A stretch of 64,000 nt of DNA from Alphaproteobacteria bacterium (GTDB lineage: Bacteria; Pseudomonadota; Alphaproteobacteria; Bin98). Positions 10,422 through 20,045 of the stretch are shown here, one piece after another. The position numbers were made by a program, and so were the translations under genes. The notes under the pieces were generated by a model. The model had not been told where the DNA came from, did not search any database, and saw only the letters and a list, made by a program, of their open reading frames with translations. Location of the stretch: NCBI GenBank assembly GCA_965261615.1, contig OZ253461.1, positions 57,046-121,045 of the forward strand, read 5' to 3'. The stretch's first letter is position 1. Every line of letters begins with the position of its first letter.

Positions 10422-11021
10422 CTAATGCCGTTTCAGCAAATCCTCTAGCTTGTCTTGCACACTCCCAGCCAAGTCTCTCCAGAGACGATTTTCCTCAGCC
10501 ACCTCCACCCAACGCCGGTCTTTTCTTTGATCCAAGGCGCACTGCCAGACCTCCTTGGCAAAATCTGCACACCTACCCTTTATTTCTGGACTCGCATCAT
10601 CCCAGAAGGTGTCACTATCACCCAACAGTAAGCTCAACTCCTTGCGCCAATTTGGGTTTAACTCTCGAGGGCTATGAAGTTTCACAATCGTCTCCATATT
10701 ATAAAAACATTGGCAATCCAGCTTAGAGGCTATTTCTTCCGCTGTCGCACGCATATCGCCCACTATTTGAGCAGCGTTACTGTGCTCCTCTGCAAATGTC
10801 ATTCCTTGTATTGTCAATGCCTTTGCCTTTTCATACTCTTCAACCTCATCTTCCTTAAGCCACAGCCTTAACTCAGAAGAGTTGAGAACTAGCCCCTCAC
10901 CACGCTGCACCTTATTAAAAAAAGCCATCTCTCGCTCTTGGCGAATTCTGGGATCACACCACCAAGAAGCAGACTGAACGCAGCTGGCTATCACTAACAA
11001 TACACTAAGTAACTTAATCAT
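10422..11021 (-). CDS. Hypothetical secreted protein; paralog of 8586..9179
   Basis: Signal peptide MIKLLSVLLVIASCVQSASW. LVLNSSELRLWLKEDEVEEYEKAKA aligns with the 8586..9179 product. Confidence 0.5.
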   Translation of the reverse strand: MIKLLSVLLVIASCVQSASWWCDPRIRQEREMAFFNKVQRGEGLVLNSSELRLWLKEDEVEEYEKAKALTIQGMTFAEEHSNAAQIVGDMRATAEEIASKLDCQCFYNMETIVKLHSPRELNPNWRKELSLLLGDSDTFWDDASPEIKGRCADFAKEVWQCALDQRKDRRWVEVAEENRLWRDLAGSVQDKLEDLLKRH

Positions 11022-11998
11022 ATAACACCTACTCTTTTCTGGCTTAACACAGAAGCTTTGCTTCCCTTTTGCAGTTTATGATCACAGGCTTTAATACGCG
11101 ACATCACACCCCGAACCTGCAATAACGCATGCTCTCTCAGCTCTTCTTTTGAGCGAGCTACAACATACTGAAAAAACTCATCGGCCATTTCGCGCGCCCT
11201 CAGCACCCTCTTATCCGATTTTACTTCAAGCAGTTCTTGCCAAGCAGTCACCACACGGCCTTCCTTATCCCGCTTCAAATCAGCGCCCGAGGAATCCATT
11301 ATGTTCTCCTTACTACACATATGTGCTAAACTCTCTCTTTTATCTTGAAGCTCTCTTTGCACATTACTAGCCAAAGAGCTCACATCACAGCGCTCTATAC
11401 TCTGCACCACTGTCAAGGCATCGCGATAATAGCTGTGTATCGCATGACTTTCAAATCTCTGCTCCATCTCTTGTGGGGACTCTACGCATGCCGCTCGAAA
11501 ATCCCACGCGCTCTCTTGTGCTGCAAGCTCTTCAAAAATCTCCCCTTGAAAAGATGAAATGTCCCCGCTTCTAGCACGGGAAATAGCCTCGCCCACTGTC
11601 TGAGGCTCATGACCGTTCAAAGAGCTCTCTCCTGCAGAGGCATGAGTGTCGCCTTTACGCAAAAACTCAAGCAAATCATCTCTCTGACTTAAAAGATTTT
11701 GCTTCTTTCTTTCAGCAACAGCACAATAAAAAACAGCTGCACTTATTTCATTAGCACAATCAGAATCAAGATCCTCCCACGCTAGAGATAAACCCAATGT
11801 ACTATCCACAACTGAATGTAACGAACCCTCGTAACCCTCCACGGCAGATGTCCATTGCATAATTTCTTGCTCAACAACATCAAGAGAGACCTGGTCTCTT
11901 GGTCCGCCCAAAACAAGGCGCGTTTCCAGCGCCTTCGCCAACTCTTCTTCTGCTGCAGTTGCAACTATACCTATCAGCATAAACACTACGGTTTTCAT
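11018..11998 (-). CDS. Hypothetical secreted protein; paralog of 9187..10314
   Basis: Signal peptide MKTVVFMLIGIVATAAEEELAKALE. It contains the AWDFRAACVESPQEMEQRF block that is also seen in 14010..14591. Confidence 0.5.
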   Translation of the reverse strand: MKTVVFMLIGIVATAAEEELAKALETRLVLGGPRDQVSLDVVEQEIMQWTSAVEGYEGSLHSVVDSTLGLSLAWEDLDSDCANEISAAVFYCAVAERKKQNLLSQRDDLLEFLRKGDTHASAGESSLNGHEPQTVGEAISRARSGDISSFQGEIFEELAAQESAWDFRAACVESPQEMEQRFESHAIHSYYRDALTVVQSIERCDVSSLASNVQRELQDKRESLAHMCSKENIMDSSGADLKRDKEGRVVTAWQELLEVKSDKRVLRAREMADEFFQYVVARSKEELREHALLQVRGVMSRIKACDHKLQKGSKASVLSQKRVGVI

Positions 11999-12354
11999 CC
12001 AACATCTCCAATAAAGCTATTTTACCTTATCGAAAAATTTACTCCAAACACCAAGGGATTAGACGGTCTCTTGATAGCCTAAGTTTGTGTTGCGAGTGTT
12101 ACAGTCAAAAATACAAGCACAAATAATAAGCGAAAAATGCTGAAAAGCTCAGCACTCTGCATTAATTACTTGCCATCGTACGTGGGCCCCTTCAGTGAAC
12201 TGAGCCCTCTTAACACAGCTAAAAATTACTCTCACTTCTTTAGCTCGCAATCACAGCTTCTCTCTGATCGACCCAAATACACACTCTATGCTGCTGCCAT
12301 CTCGGAGCATCACCCCTACCAAGCCAAGACCTTTGCATCTCAAGTGAGGGCTTT

Positions 12355-13638
12355 CTACATTTCAAAATAAACGTCTTGCATCATAGCTGCTATCTCGGAA
12401 CAGTCTTCTTCTAAGTGTGGTGCACTAAAAGCCACTATTATTTTTTTAGACTGCTCTAAGCTCAATGTAGCAAACTGCCCAACACTTTTTGTTATCCGAG
12501 GCAAATGCTCCTTTATAAAATCTTTACGTTGAAGGTTCTGAGTATAAGACCTTGCCTGATCTGCCAGCAAGAGAAGTATTATCTCATGATTTGCATCTTC
12601 GCGTTGGTTGTATATAGGTGCAAGGGCATCCATCACACTAAATATTTTGGTCAAAGATAAGGCACTTAGGTTTTTTAAATCCTCTGATTTTGCAAATGTG
12701 TAGTCCAGCCACTCCACACCTTCCTCTGGACGCACTTCCCTTATATATTGTTGCGCGACGTAAAGCTCCCTTTCCGCCCAATAAGAACCCACATCCTTCG
12801 CCTCTGCCCTCCAAAGATATACTATACCAGGCAAAACTCTATCAACCTGAGCATAAGCTACAAACCGCCCAAACTTCTTCTTCCACTCAACTTCTTGTAC
12901 CGTCTTGATGCAAGTTGCAAGCCTTGTGCCATCCTTCACGTCCTCACAAGTTAGAGCTCTCAATAATCCCCATAAAACAGAAGACAAGTGAACTGTTATC
13001 TTCTGATCTCTCCAAATCTCTACCCCCACCACTTCTTGCAAAGCGTCAGGCTTATTTTTCTGTTTCGCCACGTAGTCTATTAAAAATTGCATCGGTGGCG
13101 TCTGTGTAATTTCACAAACATGCTTGGCGACTTCACCCTCAAAATTTGGAAAGATTGGAGACAACCATGGATTCTGATTCAATGCCACACGAAACAATTG
13201 TATCTGCCCAATAGCAGAGCAAACCTTCGTCAACTGACGAAGAGAGACAGCAAGCTCCCATCCTGGCAACAAAGGCCCCGGAAGCTTAAGCTCCTTATTT
13301 TGCAGCAAGGCCTTTTGCAACCTATCACATGGTAGGCGATAGTTCTGTTCCCACTTGTTAAAGGAGGAGGGCAACACACCCACAGCGTCAGGAACCTCAT
13401 ATTGCAAAGCTGTCTGCACTATATCAAAAACTTGTCCCATATAACCATAAAATTGCTCCGTAAAGGCATCCGTTGCCAGAGCGTTGGATTCAAACAGATC
13501 CATTACCGTTAAAACTCTTTTTATTTGCGATAACATGTCACTAGAAAACACGTCACTGTGGAAAGACGCCGCTTTTGCTCCACACACGCACCATATCATT
13601 ATTATAGAAAAAATTCTCTGCATGTCATACTCTATCAC
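12355..13638 (-). CDS. Hypothetical protein (427 aa)
   Basis: Long ORF with a hydrophobic N-terminus and no recognisable motifs. Confidence 0.45.
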   Translation of the reverse strand: MIEYDMQRIFSIIMIWCVCGAKAASFHSDVFSSDMLSQIKRVLTVMDLFESNALATDAFTEQFYGYMGQVFDIVQTALQYEVPDAVGVLPSSFNKWEQNYRLPCDRLQKALLQNKELKLPGPLLPGWELAVSLRQLTKVCSAIGQIQLFRVALNQNPWLSPIFPNFEGEVAKHVCEITQTPPMQFLIDYVAKQKNKPDALQEVVGVEIWRDQKITVHLSSVLWGLLRALTCEDVKDGTRLATCIKTVQEVEWKKKFGRFVAYAQVDRVLPGIVYLWRAEAKDVGSYWAERELYVAQQYIREVRPEEGVEWLDYTFAKSEDLKNLSALSLTKIFSVMDALAPIYNQREDANHEIILLLLADQARSYTQNLQRKDFIKEHLPRITKSVGQFATLSLEQSKKIIVAFSAPHLEEDCSEIAAMMQDVYFEM

Positions 13639-13904
13639 AAAAACTTAAAAATTCCCATCCTAGCTTAAACAACCAGAGCACAAACCACATGTAGCGCCAC
13701 AGTCTTTTCCAAGTTGCGACCCATAAGCGTTGCAACTGCGCTTGCCCCGCACTTATATTAGGGAACAATGTTTGGTCGTCCTCTTAATTACTCCGCAGAC
13801 ACGTTTTGCAAAATTTTTCCACCCAAGCCTAGAGTTGCGCAACAACATTTTTCGTAACCGCCGGACCTTAATCAAAACGCTCCCGCAAACAGGCCATGCC
13901 GCTT

Positions 13905-13962
13905 CTGGCTATACGGTCACAACTACACTCACCATCGGCATGACTAATATTTTCGCCCGCTC
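13905..13962 (-). pseudogene. Decayed 5' remnant of a secreted-protein paralog (signal-peptide fragment only)
   Basis: The reverse complement reads ...KILVMPMVSVVVTV*. The DNA caccatcggcatgactaatattttc resembles the start region of 9187..10314 (caccatcagcattacgaatactttcat). No downstream ORF follows. Confidence 0.3.
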
Positions 13963-14009
13963 ATAAGGAGTCCCCCCAATCATCAAATGGCTATATAGCG
14001 CCTCTATGA

Positions 14010-14591
14010 TTAATCGACAGCAGCCACATTGCTTTTAACATTGCCTCCGGCTTTAACACGCAAACGCATGTCCTCCACTTGACCTAATGCATATTGATTC
14101 AACTCATTTTCTGAGCGCACAAACACATAAGTAAACAGCTGAATCGCCACTTCACGCACCATCAACTCTCTGTCACTCCCTGATGCACAAAAGCTTTTCC
14201 AAGCAGCTTCCAAATGGCTCTCTCTATCTTGCAAAGATACAGGTTTGCCCAATGCCTTTATACAACAATCCAGTTTGGCGTGCAGCTCCTCTTCCTTTTT
14301 TTGAAGTTGCGCAGAACCCAGAGTGTCTGTTTCTATTTGCCGCACTAACGCCCAGGCCTCCTGAAACGTGCGGTATATTCTCTCCCTCTTAAATCTCTCC
14401 CGAAGCTCGTGTGGTGGCTCTACACATGCAGCACGAAAATCCCATGCACTCCCTATCTTAAGAAGAGCTGTAAAGTGGCCTGGGTAAACGTCGACTTTTT
14501 CACTGGTTCTAGCCGCACGAATGTCGTCCTCTATTGACGAGCATACAGCTGTCACTGTCCATACCATTAGCATCAATATTATTTTCATCAC
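14010..14591 (-). CDS. Hypothetical secreted protein; paralog of the C-terminal half of 11018..11998
   Basis: Signal peptide MMKIILMLMVWTVTAVCSS. GSAWDFRAACVEPPHELRERF matches ESAWDFRAACVESPQEMEQRF in 11018..11998. Confidence 0.5.
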   Translation of the reverse strand: MMKIILMLMVWTVTAVCSSIEDDIRAARTSEKVDVYPGHFTALLKIGSAWDFRAACVEPPHELRERFKRERIYRTFQEAWALVRQIETDTLGSAQLQKKEEELHAKLDCCIKALGKPVSLQDRESHLEAAWKSFCASGSDRELMVREVAIQLFTYVFVRSENELNQYALGQVEDMRLRVKAGGNVKSNVAAVD

Positions 14592-14619
14592 TCCCCCTTA
14601 TAAAGCTAACGCAACCGCC

Positions 14620-14988
14620 TTACACTGATCCGGTTCGCCGCTTCTCTAAAGCCTCAGCTAACCGTTCATCCCAAAACAGTCCTGCAGGCTTTTGTTGCAA
14701 GCGCGCTATTTCCTCATTCAGGGACACAAGATCCAGGGGGTGAGCTATCTCTCTGATGCGCTGATCAACTACTCTTCGCTTCTCTAAAGCCTCAGCTAAC
14801 CGTTCATCCCGAAACAGTCCTGCAGGCTTTTTTTGCAAGCGATCTATCTCCACGTTCAAAGGCACAAGTTTCTGCTTCTCTTGCGCTATTTGCGCGTCAC
14901 GCTCCTTTTGATCACATTCTTCATTAGATGCAGCAACCGCAGCCACACTCACAAACATCAACGCTAATATTTTCATTAAATTCTCCAT
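14620..14988 (-). CDS. Small secreted coiled-coil protein with an internal ~40-aa tandem repeat
   Basis: Signal peptide MKILALMFVSVAAVAASNEE. Two copies of L(Q)KKPAGLF(R/W)DERLAEALEKRR are encoded by a ~120-bp direct repeat (approx. 14625-14705 and 14765-14845). Confidence 0.5.
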   Translation of the reverse strand: MENLMKILALMFVSVAAVAASNEECDQKERDAQIAQEKQKLVPLNVEIDRLQKKPAGLFRDERLAEALEKRRVVDQRIREIAHPLDLVSLNEEIARLQQKPAGLFWDERLAEALEKRRTGSV

Positions 14989-15211
14989 TGTTTAGATTAT
15001 AGCCCAAAACCTCACACACGACAATACAGAAGATAAGCGCTACTTTGATCGACCTATATCACCCAGGTAAACACCCTCCAAAAACACAAAGGCAATCTCA
15101 TGCACCCATGTTTTTGTGTCTTCTTTCAACCAATCGGGCCCTTTAGTGCGCGAGACGATTGCACCCAACGAAACAATCTACACGCCATCAAGCAAAAGGT
15201 GCATTTGCTGC

Positions 15212-15292
15212 TCTAGGTCCATTTTGACAATAGTTTTTTTCTGATGCCGCAACTGCTGCTATACTCACTAGCATCAATAATATTATTTTCAT
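15212..15292 (-). pseudogene. Truncated remnant of a small-secreted-protein family member
   Basis: The reverse complement from ATG 15290-15292 encodes MKIILLMLVSIAAVAASEKKLLSKWT* (26 aa). This matches the family signal peptide but stops immediately afterwards. Confidence 0.35.
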
Positions 15293-15328
15293 CAAAATCT
15301 CCTTATGTCTTTAAAAACCAAATACACT

Positions 15329-15727
15329 CTAATCGAGGGCCTTTTTTACGCACGCTAATCTCTCCTGTGTCGCTTTCAACTCCTCTTTTTTCTCTTTTAG
15401 ACGTTGGTTCTCGCCAGGCTGTGTCTCCCAGAAGCTTACATCTTTTTGCAACAACTGGGCAATCTCGCTAGCGATCTTAAAATCATTAAGCATTTTTACG
15501 CGCCCACTCCACATCTTCCGTTCTTCTTTCTTCCCCTCTAGCCTTGCCCGCTCTTGAGGCAAATCCCCCAAGTATTTTATATCTGCGTCAAGCAAATCAA
15601 TTGTATACTTTACATCTCGCATTTCAGTCATTCTTCGATTGTATTCTTGCTGCTCAAAATACTGCAACCCTTCATCCTGTGCTGCAGCCGCCACTATACT
15701 CACTATCATCAATAATATTATTTTCAT
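15329..15727 (-). CDS. Small secreted coiled-coil protein (family with 14620, 15766, 16010)
   Basis: MKIILLMIVSIVAAAAQDEGLQYFEQQEY...; the likely start is the Met at ~15727. The C-terminal part is charged and helical. Confidence 0.5.
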   Translation of the reverse strand: MKIILLMIVSIVAAAAQDEGLQYFEQQEYNRRMTEMRDVKYTIDLLDADIKYLGDLPQERARLEGKKEERKMWSGRVKMLNDFKIASEIAQLLQKDVSFWETQPGENQRLKEKKEELKATQERLACVKKALD

Positions 15728-15765
15728 AACTATCTCCACTCTCATTAACTGCCCGCAATGCCACG

Positions 15766-15963
15766 CTAGAGGATCTCATTAAGCGCTGCCCGCAACTCCT
15801 TTTCCTGCCACGCTAAACTTTGGCTCTGGATGGGCCTTTCCCTCAAAATGCTTATATCTCTTTTAAGAAGCCAAATCTCAGCTTCCTTGAGCTTCACCCA
15901 TGCAACACCTTCATCCTGTGCTGCAGCCGCCACTATACTCATAAGCATCACCATTACTATCAT
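15766..15963 (-). CDS. Small secreted protein, same family (65 aa)
   Basis: MIVMVMLMSIVAAAAQDEGVAWVKLKEAE... shares the signal peptide and QDEG motif with neighbouring genes. Confidence 0.4.
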   Translation of the reverse strand: MIVMVMLMSIVAAAAQDEGVAWVKLKEAEIWLLKRDISILRERPIQSQSLAWQEKELRAALNEIL

Positions 15964-16009
15964 CTAAAGCCTCCGCTAAACTATGTCCTAACTCAAAGCA
16001 CTCCAAGTC

Positions 16010-16279
16010 TTAGTCTGTTCCGCCTGAAGAAACAAAAGTCGTCAACACATCTAAGCGCGTTTTCCACCAACCCAGATCCTTTAGCTTGGCCTCTAGCCTT
16101 GACCACTCTTTAGGATTACCCTTCAAGAGTTTTACATCTTCCTCAAGCAAAGTAACCATATGTTGCGCGTCCCGCATCTCCACCATTATTTGAGCTTTTT
16201 CTTGCTCAGCCCACTGCAACCCTTCATTCTGTGCTGCAATCGCCGCTATACTCACAATCATAAATGCTAATGTTTTCAT
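16010..16279 (-). CDS. Small secreted coiled-coil protein, same family
   Basis: MKTLAFMIVSIAAIAAQNEGLQWAEQEKAQIMVEMRD... has the same layout as 15329..15727. Confidence 0.5.
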   Translation of the reverse strand: MKTLAFMIVSIAAIAAQNEGLQWAEQEKAQIMVEMRDAQHMVTLLEEDVKLLKGNPKEWSRLEAKLKDLGWWKTRLDVLTTFVSSGGTD

Positions 16280-16483
16280 CAAAATCTCCATTATCCAGAT
16301 TGTATCCTATGTAAAAAAATCCCACAAACTACAACACCAATCCGCCAGAGATCCGCGACTCAATCTGTATCATATAAGTAACTAGCAGACGAACCCATGC
16401 CATCAGACTTTAGCGCTACTCTTTAAGCCAAAAGACTATTAGCCAAAGTGGTGCGTTTTGAGGGGGTTCACTTACACACCCGT

Positions 16484-16687
16484 CTAAGTTTTATAAGCCA
16501 GACAATCCTGAAGCTCTTTCAGATCTCGCCAATACAAGTGAACTCTTGCTTGCACCATCTCGCTTTGAGGCTGCTTCTTCCAATACTCAATGTTTGCACA
16601 AACGTGTCGTATCTCCTTTTCCACTTGCGAAACCGTCATACTATCCCAATCAAATGCCATCGCCGCTACACTCACCATCACCAACAC
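16484..16687 (-). CDS. Small hypothetical protein (67 aa), possibly related to the family
   Basis: MLVMVSVAAMAFDWDS... has an N-terminus in the same style. Support is weaker. Confidence 0.3.
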   Translation of the reverse strand: MLVMVSVAAMAFDWDSMTVSQVEKEIRHVCANIEYWKKQPQSEMVQARVHLYWRDLKELQDCLAYKT

Positions 16688-16755
16688 GAATAGTTCACCT
16701 TACACCACCCCCAAGCTCGCATCCTAAGGCCTTCTTGTCCACCCGTTACATTCAA

Positions 16756-18033
16756 TCAGCTATACACAAATTGTATCAAAATGTGCTGCTTCTTCCCACA
16801 CCTTACGTGCAAAAGTCCACGTCCAACGACATCTCGGGTAATCATAAAAAGCTCATCTAAAATTTTGTCCCCATTCAAGCGCAGACCACCATCACGCACC
16901 ATCCGACGTAAACTTCCTTTAGACATATCTGGACGCACAGCATGAATCACATCGATTAGCGACTGCGGCTCCTCTAAGGAGCTTATACTTTGCTGAAAAA
17001 CAGGGAGCTCCGAGGTTACTTTCAAGTTCCCTTTTTCATCAACACCATCTACTATAAAGGGCTCTGATGACTGCTCCAACTGCACAACCATCTTACGAAT
17101 TTCCTGCAGAACTTCCGGACCATGCAGCAATCCAGTAGCTTCATCGGCTAGAATTTTTTTGGCATCATTCGGGTTTTCATTTTGAGTAACACGAGAAATC
17201 TCCTCCAAAGACAGCATGGTAAAGAGCTTTAAGAAACGCTCTATATCCTCATCCATCACATTACGCCAATACTGCCAGTAATCATAAGGATTTAATTTTT
17301 CTTTAGACAACCAAACGGCCCCTTGCGCGGTTTTTCCCATTTTTTCCCCTTTGCTATTTTGCAAAAGAGGAACCGTAAACCCAAAAGCTTGCTTACTCAG
17401 CTTCCGGCGAATCAGGTCTATTCCACTTACAATATTTCCCCACTGGTCCGAGCCTCCCGCTTGCACTAGACACTCTTGCTCCTTCGCTAACACATAAAAA
17501 TCATACGCCTGACAAACCATATAGTTAAACTCTAAAAAAGATAGAGGCTGGTCGCGGTCAAGGCGTCGCTTTACGCTTTCAAAAGACAACATTGCATTGA
17601 CAGAGAACAGAGCTCCAAACTCACGCAAAAAAGGCAGATATTTCAAATGAGGAAGCCATTCCTTGTTGTTAAGGACTGAAATCTCCCCAAGGGGCAAAAC
17701 TTGCCCTATGCTTTCACGAATACCTTCGGCAAAAGAATCAATTGTATCCTCTTGAAGCATTTTTCGCGTTGCATCCTTTTCTGAAGGGTCTCCCACCTGC
17801 GTGGTTCCCCCCCCCAACAAAAGTATCGGGTGGTGTCCACACTCTTTTGCCCAGCGTAACACCATAAGTGGCAGCAGGCTGCCCACATGCAGGCTATTGG
17901 CAGTTGCATCAAATCCAATATACATTTTTCGAGGCTGTGCAAAGTACTCCTGCAACTCTTTTTTATGAGTACACTGGTACAAAAAACCTCTTTCTTCAAG
18001 AATTTGTAAAAAATCCCCCGGGCATTTTTCCAT
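16756..18033 (-). CDS. tyrS: Tyrosine--tRNA ligase
   Basis: Class I HIGH-type motif (GFDATANSLHVGSL), a KMSKS-type motif (GEKMGKT), and a C-terminal S4-like region. 425 aa. Confidence 0.9.
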   Translation of the reverse strand: MEKCPGDFLQILEERGFLYQCTHKKELQEYFAQPRKMYIGFDATANSLHVGSLLPLMVLRWAKECGHHPILLLGGGTTQVGDPSEKDATRKMLQEDTIDSFAEGIRESIGQVLPLGEISVLNNKEWLPHLKYLPFLREFGALFSVNAMLSFESVKRRLDRDQPLSFLEFNYMVCQAYDFYVLAKEQECLVQAGGSDQWGNIVSGIDLIRRKLSKQAFGFTVPLLQNSKGEKMGKTAQGAVWLSKEKLNPYDYWQYWRNVMDEDIERFLKLFTMLSLEEISRVTQNENPNDAKKILADEATGLLHGPEVLQEIRKMVVQLEQSSEPFIVDGVDEKGNLKVTSELPVFQQSISSLEEPQSLIDVIHAVRPDMSKGSLRRMVRDGGLRLNGDKILDELFMITRDVVGRGLLHVRCGKKQHILIQFVYS

Positions 18034-18124
18034 GCTATATTTTACCCTATCCCTCTCACAAGAACAAGAGACGCCCTCTGCTTAGGCGCAGCAAAACTCA
18101 GCTCGCCTGTTTTGCATTACCGAA

Positions 18125-19768
18125 CTATTGCCAAGGCACTCCCTTAAAGAAAATCTCCTCCAAAGCACCGCATCTATTCAAACGCAGCAGCGGTTTGCCC
18201 GGAACAGGAATCTCAGCAGAACAGTTAAACCTTAATTGCCAATCTTCCCAGGAAGGCACACCCTTCACCCACGATAAAGAGCTCTCTTTCTGTGCGCTTT
18301 GTTCAAAAAGCGCATCTGTTTGCCCAGTACAAAAAAGCGCATGCCGTAATTTCTCTCTCTGAAGTGGACTCAAAACATCACGCAGCGGCACCGCACTAAG
18401 TTGCGCGCTAATATCCGTAAAGTATGCAAATGTTGGGCAGAACTTTTCTTTCCAAAAACCAGAAGAAGTCAGCCTAGACAGTTCCTCAGATCTCACGCTA
18501 GAGATTGCACTCCTGAATGCAGCAACCGTTTCCTCGCCTAACGGTAGGCGAAAGGAGCAACTCACTTTAGCCTGTTTATTGTCATCATAGCCTATCTGGT
18601 ATTTTACATAAGGTTCCGGCACTAACATCACACGTCGTGCTTGTCCTTGCGTCTTCCAAAAGCGATCTAACACAAAAGCCATTATATCAAGCTCATGTTC
18701 TCTCAAAACATCATCCTTCTGAAACAGCAAGGCAACCTGCTTCAAGTAATGCCGAAAACTCCCTAAGTCACACAGCTCAGGCTGCCAGGTGCGCTCCTGG
18801 TTTTGATCCACTGTACTGAGCGTCCGTCCAAAAGCACGCGCCATATTACAAATTACAGGACTCCGAACAGCGTCCAGCCACCCCTTTAGCATGCCCCATG
18901 GATCTACACCACAATTTACTGCCGGCCCATACCAGGAAAATACACGCTCTACCTCCTTGCTTATCCATTGCTCTCGTTTTTTCCATAAACTGTCTATTAT
19001 CTCTACAATCTCTGGCGCCACTGTGCACAGCACGCCTCCCCACATCTCAGGCGTATCCGGCTCCTGACATCCTATTGCAAATATATCGGCCACCACATGC
19101 AAAAACTGGCTCACCCTCAAAGCGAATATATTCTCTGATCTATGCTCCACGCTGCCCCACACTTGCGGCACCAGCTTTTGCACCCTCCAGTAAGCATCCA
19201 CAGCAGCCCACATTGCTAAGCAATTAATTTGCCGCCTCAAGCACGGCAAATGTAAATCACAAAACCACTCAGGGCACAACGACACAGCGTTATTTTGCAC
19301 CATTTCTCCAACACTTATACTGTCATCAGCATATCCCACGCTTAAATCCGGGCTATTAGCGTTTTGCATCATTTCTTCCAGCAACACACAAGCCCCACCA
19401 CAGCGCACGAGTGTTGTAAGCGCATTCGCAAACTCCCGCACCACTGACTCTGGCACACAAACCTGCTCTGTGTATGCATGTAGTTCAGAGCACAAGGGAC
19501 CTGCGCTACAGTGTGAACTCAAAACACTCTCCCCCAGCCCATTCGACCGCAAATCGGCACACGGGCTACCCTGCACTGGCGCAGAAAGTTGAGGCTCCCT
19601 GTACCCAAGAGCTCCCGCAATTTTTTCATTAAACAAATTAGTAACGGGCCTATAGGCGGCCCCACTCACCACATAACGTAAAATGGAGGTTTCCAACGCC
19701 TCAGCAGGGATCAAACCCGAACTAGAGGCAAAAACCGCACCAGAAATAACCAAGATTAACAAATTCAT
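18125..19768 (-). CDS. Hypothetical secreted protein (547 aa)
   Basis: Signal peptide MNLLILVISGAVFASSSG. No recognisable motifs. Confidence 0.5.
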   Translation of the reverse strand: MNLLILVISGAVFASSSGLIPAEALETSILRYVVSGAAYRPVTNLFNEKIAGALGYREPQLSAPVQGSPCADLRSNGLGESVLSSHCSAGPLCSELHAYTEQVCVPESVVREFANALTTLVRCGGACVLLEEMMQNANSPDLSVGYADDSISVGEMVQNNAVSLCPEWFCDLHLPCLRRQINCLAMWAAVDAYWRVQKLVPQVWGSVEHRSENIFALRVSQFLHVVADIFAIGCQEPDTPEMWGGVLCTVAPEIVEIIDSLWKKREQWISKEVERVFSWYGPAVNCGVDPWGMLKGWLDAVRSPVICNMARAFGRTLSTVDQNQERTWQPELCDLGSFRHYLKQVALLFQKDDVLREHELDIMAFVLDRFWKTQGQARRVMLVPEPYVKYQIGYDDNKQAKVSCSFRLPLGEETVAAFRSAISSVRSEELSRLTSSGFWKEKFCPTFAYFTDISAQLSAVPLRDVLSPLQREKLRHALFCTGQTDALFEQSAQKESSLSWVKGVPSWEDWQLRFNCSAEIPVPGKPLLRLNRCGALEEIFFKGVPWQ

Positions 19769-19967
19769 ATTACAGAATTATATCACACAAAAACTATCTC
19801 CTAAGATAACCGCCACACAATATGCCGCCCCCGCAAAGGAAGAGCACAACCTTGCCTGGCAAGGTGTGCCACGTGCTGTAGCACACGGTTAAAGGCTCCT
19901 ACCTCCACGCCGTTGTCACCTTCGCCTCAAAGGAAAAAACTCGCACACCACCGGAAATCAAGAGAAA

Positions 19968-20013
19968 TGATAAAAACATAAATTCTGTAACGATAAAAAC
20001 ATAAATTCTGTAA
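19968..20013. repeat. 2 x 23-bp direct tandem repeat (gataaaaacataaattctgtaac) upstream of the first family-A gene
   Basis: 19968-19990 and 19991-20013 are identical apart from the last base. Confidence 0.7.
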
Positions 20014-20045
20014 TTCTAAAGGTTTCTGTGATATATTAAGTAACG

